The position numbers and the translations under genes were made by a program. From Phoronis australis (lineage: Eukaryota > Animalia > Phoronida), in NCBI GenBank assembly GCA_002633005.1, contig NMRA01000446.1, positions 1 to 64,000 on the forward strand: DNA of 64,000 nucleotides, written 5' to 3'. Within the stretch, counting starts at the first letter, position 1. Every line of letters starts with the position of its first letter. Shown here one piece after another: positions 63,298 to 64,000 of this stretch. The notes below the pieces were generated by a model. That model was not told the origin of the DNA, made no database searches, and saw nothing but the letters and a program-made list of their open reading frames with translations.

Positions 63298-64000
63298 AGG
63301 TGTTCACAATGTGCTCGAGCATTTAAATGGAGAACATTCAAATAAACGTCATTTTCTAGCATAATTTGCCGCCTTTTGTAGCTAAGAAAAATGTCATCCG
63401 TTTCAAATACAACACGCTCGTGACACGGCGCCCGCGTAATTTCCTAAAATTTTGCGTGTCCCTTTGCAAGTGAGTTTCTAATCTACGTTCGCACTTGATG
63501 ACCTCTATGGCTACAACGAAACCTGAAATCGTGTTGCAGATTGCGAGTTCAGACTCGAACTTATACCTTAAATGCCGATGTCATCAAGTACAAACCAGGA
63601 ATTTAGACATTTATTTGCTTAAACCATACTGGGTTCGAGCACCTGCCTTCAGTTTGTACTACAGTATACAGAGTGGGAAATGGAGTTTGGTTCTTAGATT
63701 AAACCACGGCTCGGGAGAGAAATGAAAAATTCTGTGCACATCCTCCATTGCAGCAAGTAGGCGCGAGTGGCCGGGCTGAAGCCTTAAAGCCCAGACCGAA
63801 GCAAAGTTTGCTTCGGTCTGGGCTAGGGCCTCCATTGCGAGCTTTTGGGCACCAAGTCTTTACGTGCGCGTTGCTATCACGTGCCGTTACTGAGTGATCA
63901 CCTGTCCGCCAGCAACGGAGCGTTTAAAGCTGCATTTCGCTCTGTTTAGCTGGCTGTGAATTTTAGGAAAATCGAATTAGTCCTGACTCTCGTAAAATCG

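Overview
AT-rich, repeat-dense eukaryotic genomic DNA, most likely from a marine invertebrate (inferred from the repeat families; not provable here). Two host genes lie on the minus strand. (1) An intact 12-coding-exon cytochrome P450 of the CYP4 clan (6802-30326; 1533 nt, 510 aa). I assembled it by hand: all junctions are GT-AG and phase-consistent, and its I-helix reads FAGHDTT rather than FEGHDTT. (2) A single-coding-exon 483-aa acidic protein (40139-41590) whose N-terminal coiled coil resembles the vertebrate INSYN1/PRR16 (Largen) family. The rest is a mosaic of transposons: a Penelope-like relic, CR1/L2-group and RTEX-like LINE fragments, an isolated LINE RNase H slice, two Academ-like relics (one with exact TIRs and TSD splitting a LINE), Kolobok-like THAP elements, Helentron-associated (HINE-like) repeats carrying CTCF-like motifs, MITEs with 5-bp, 9-bp and TA target duplications, two candidate solo LTRs, and mini/microsatellites. 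Three hammerhead-ribozyme-like motifs are visible, one nearly canonical (691-745). There is no CRISPR array, and I recognised no rRNA or tRNA. All family assignments come from motif recognition by eye, not database searches.
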